Source: Eledone cirrhosa (taxonomy: Eukaryota). Taken from it: a stretch of 64,000 nt of DNA. The stretch covers positions 84,816,001 to 84,880,000 of the forward strand of contig OZ024745.1 of the NCBI GenBank assembly GCA_964016885.1, in the 5' to 3' direction. The notes under the pieces are model-generated. The model had not been told where the DNA came from and did no database searches. It worked only from the letters and a program-made list of their open reading frames with translations. A program made the position numbers and the translations under genes. Positions 63,290 to 64,000 of the stretch are shown here, one piece after another. Each line of letters begins with the position of its first letter. The stretch's first letter is position 1.

Positions 63290-64000
63290 TGGTAGAGGTC
63301 TTGATAGAGTTATGTAATATGCTTCCGTAACACAGAGATCACAAGATATCCTTCGTCCATTGAACGGTTGGGCCCTAGCTACGATATCCCATTTTAGTGA
63401 GTGTTGAACTTTGTTTAATTTAAGGTTTTTAATGAGCCTAGCTAGCGATGTCGAACATCTGTTGCTAGGTTCTCGGAAGGAAAAAGAGTGCGCGTTATAG
63501 CGTACCTTAAAAGGGTTAGGGGTAGACCCGATATAAGAGCTGGTATTCGAAGCAGTCTCAACTGTGCACCTATAGACTATGTTGGGTGTCAGGCAGTGTC
63601 CATTTAATGGGCATGCATTGGGGTACCGGCAGTTGCAGTTGCTTCTGCGGTTAGTGAGAGTAGGGTTATTTAACCTAAGCAGTTGGTCCGTGCTAGAAGA
63701 TTAGATGGGGGAGGTGTGCTACTAGAGTAATTATTGGTGTAGTGGCGTGGTGTATTTGATAGGGGTGGTGGTACCGCGGTGTGGGAGTTATAGTGTCTTA
63801 GCTTATGATGGTTACTAAACGCGATGTGGCTAGCTAGGTTAGGTGTAGTGGAGAATGAGATTTTAATGTTGTTTTTATTAAAGAGTTTGTAATATCTATG
63901 GTTAGGGGGGAAGTATTTGGATAGGATAGAGAAGAAGCGATTGGGGATATTAGTGGCTAGATTAGATGAGAATGGTGGGTTAAGCCAGGTTATATTTCTA
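63290..64000 (-). pseudogene. Nematis-like PLE linker + GIY-YIG remnant, running off the window edge (not in the ORF track)
   Basis: Minus-strand translation gives WLNPPFSSNLATNIP...YFPPNHRYYKLFNKNNIKISFSTTPN and CNCRYPNACPLNGHCLTPNIVYRCTV...YIGSTPNPFKVRYNAH...CDLCVTE. Confidence 0.85.

Overview
AT-rich eukaryotic DNA with no recognisable host gene. The tRNA-derived SINE resembles octopod SINEs, so a cephalopod origin is my inference. The window is a pile-up of retroelements separated by long, degenerate (TA)n tracts. It contains three CR1-group LINE copies (one with an apparently intact APE-RT ORF2), about eight Penelope-like element (PLE; RT + GIY-YIG) copies or fragments, and three SINE copies plus a remnant. 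The main hidden signal is RNA structure. By eye I find about 35 type I hammerhead ribozyme (HHR) motifs in about 14 sequence families. They include compensatory U3:A8 cores, a U4C core, very long stem II insertions and palindromic stem IIIs of the dimer-dependent type. Several HHRs sit in non-coding tandem units of about 490-616 bp. The best example is a near-identical 558-bp array with six HHRs on the minus strand and two more in an inverted arm. These look like non-autonomous retrozyme-type elements. Nearly all YI/IY-repeat ORFs in the ORF track are microsatellite artefacts. All structures were folded by eye; no searches were run.
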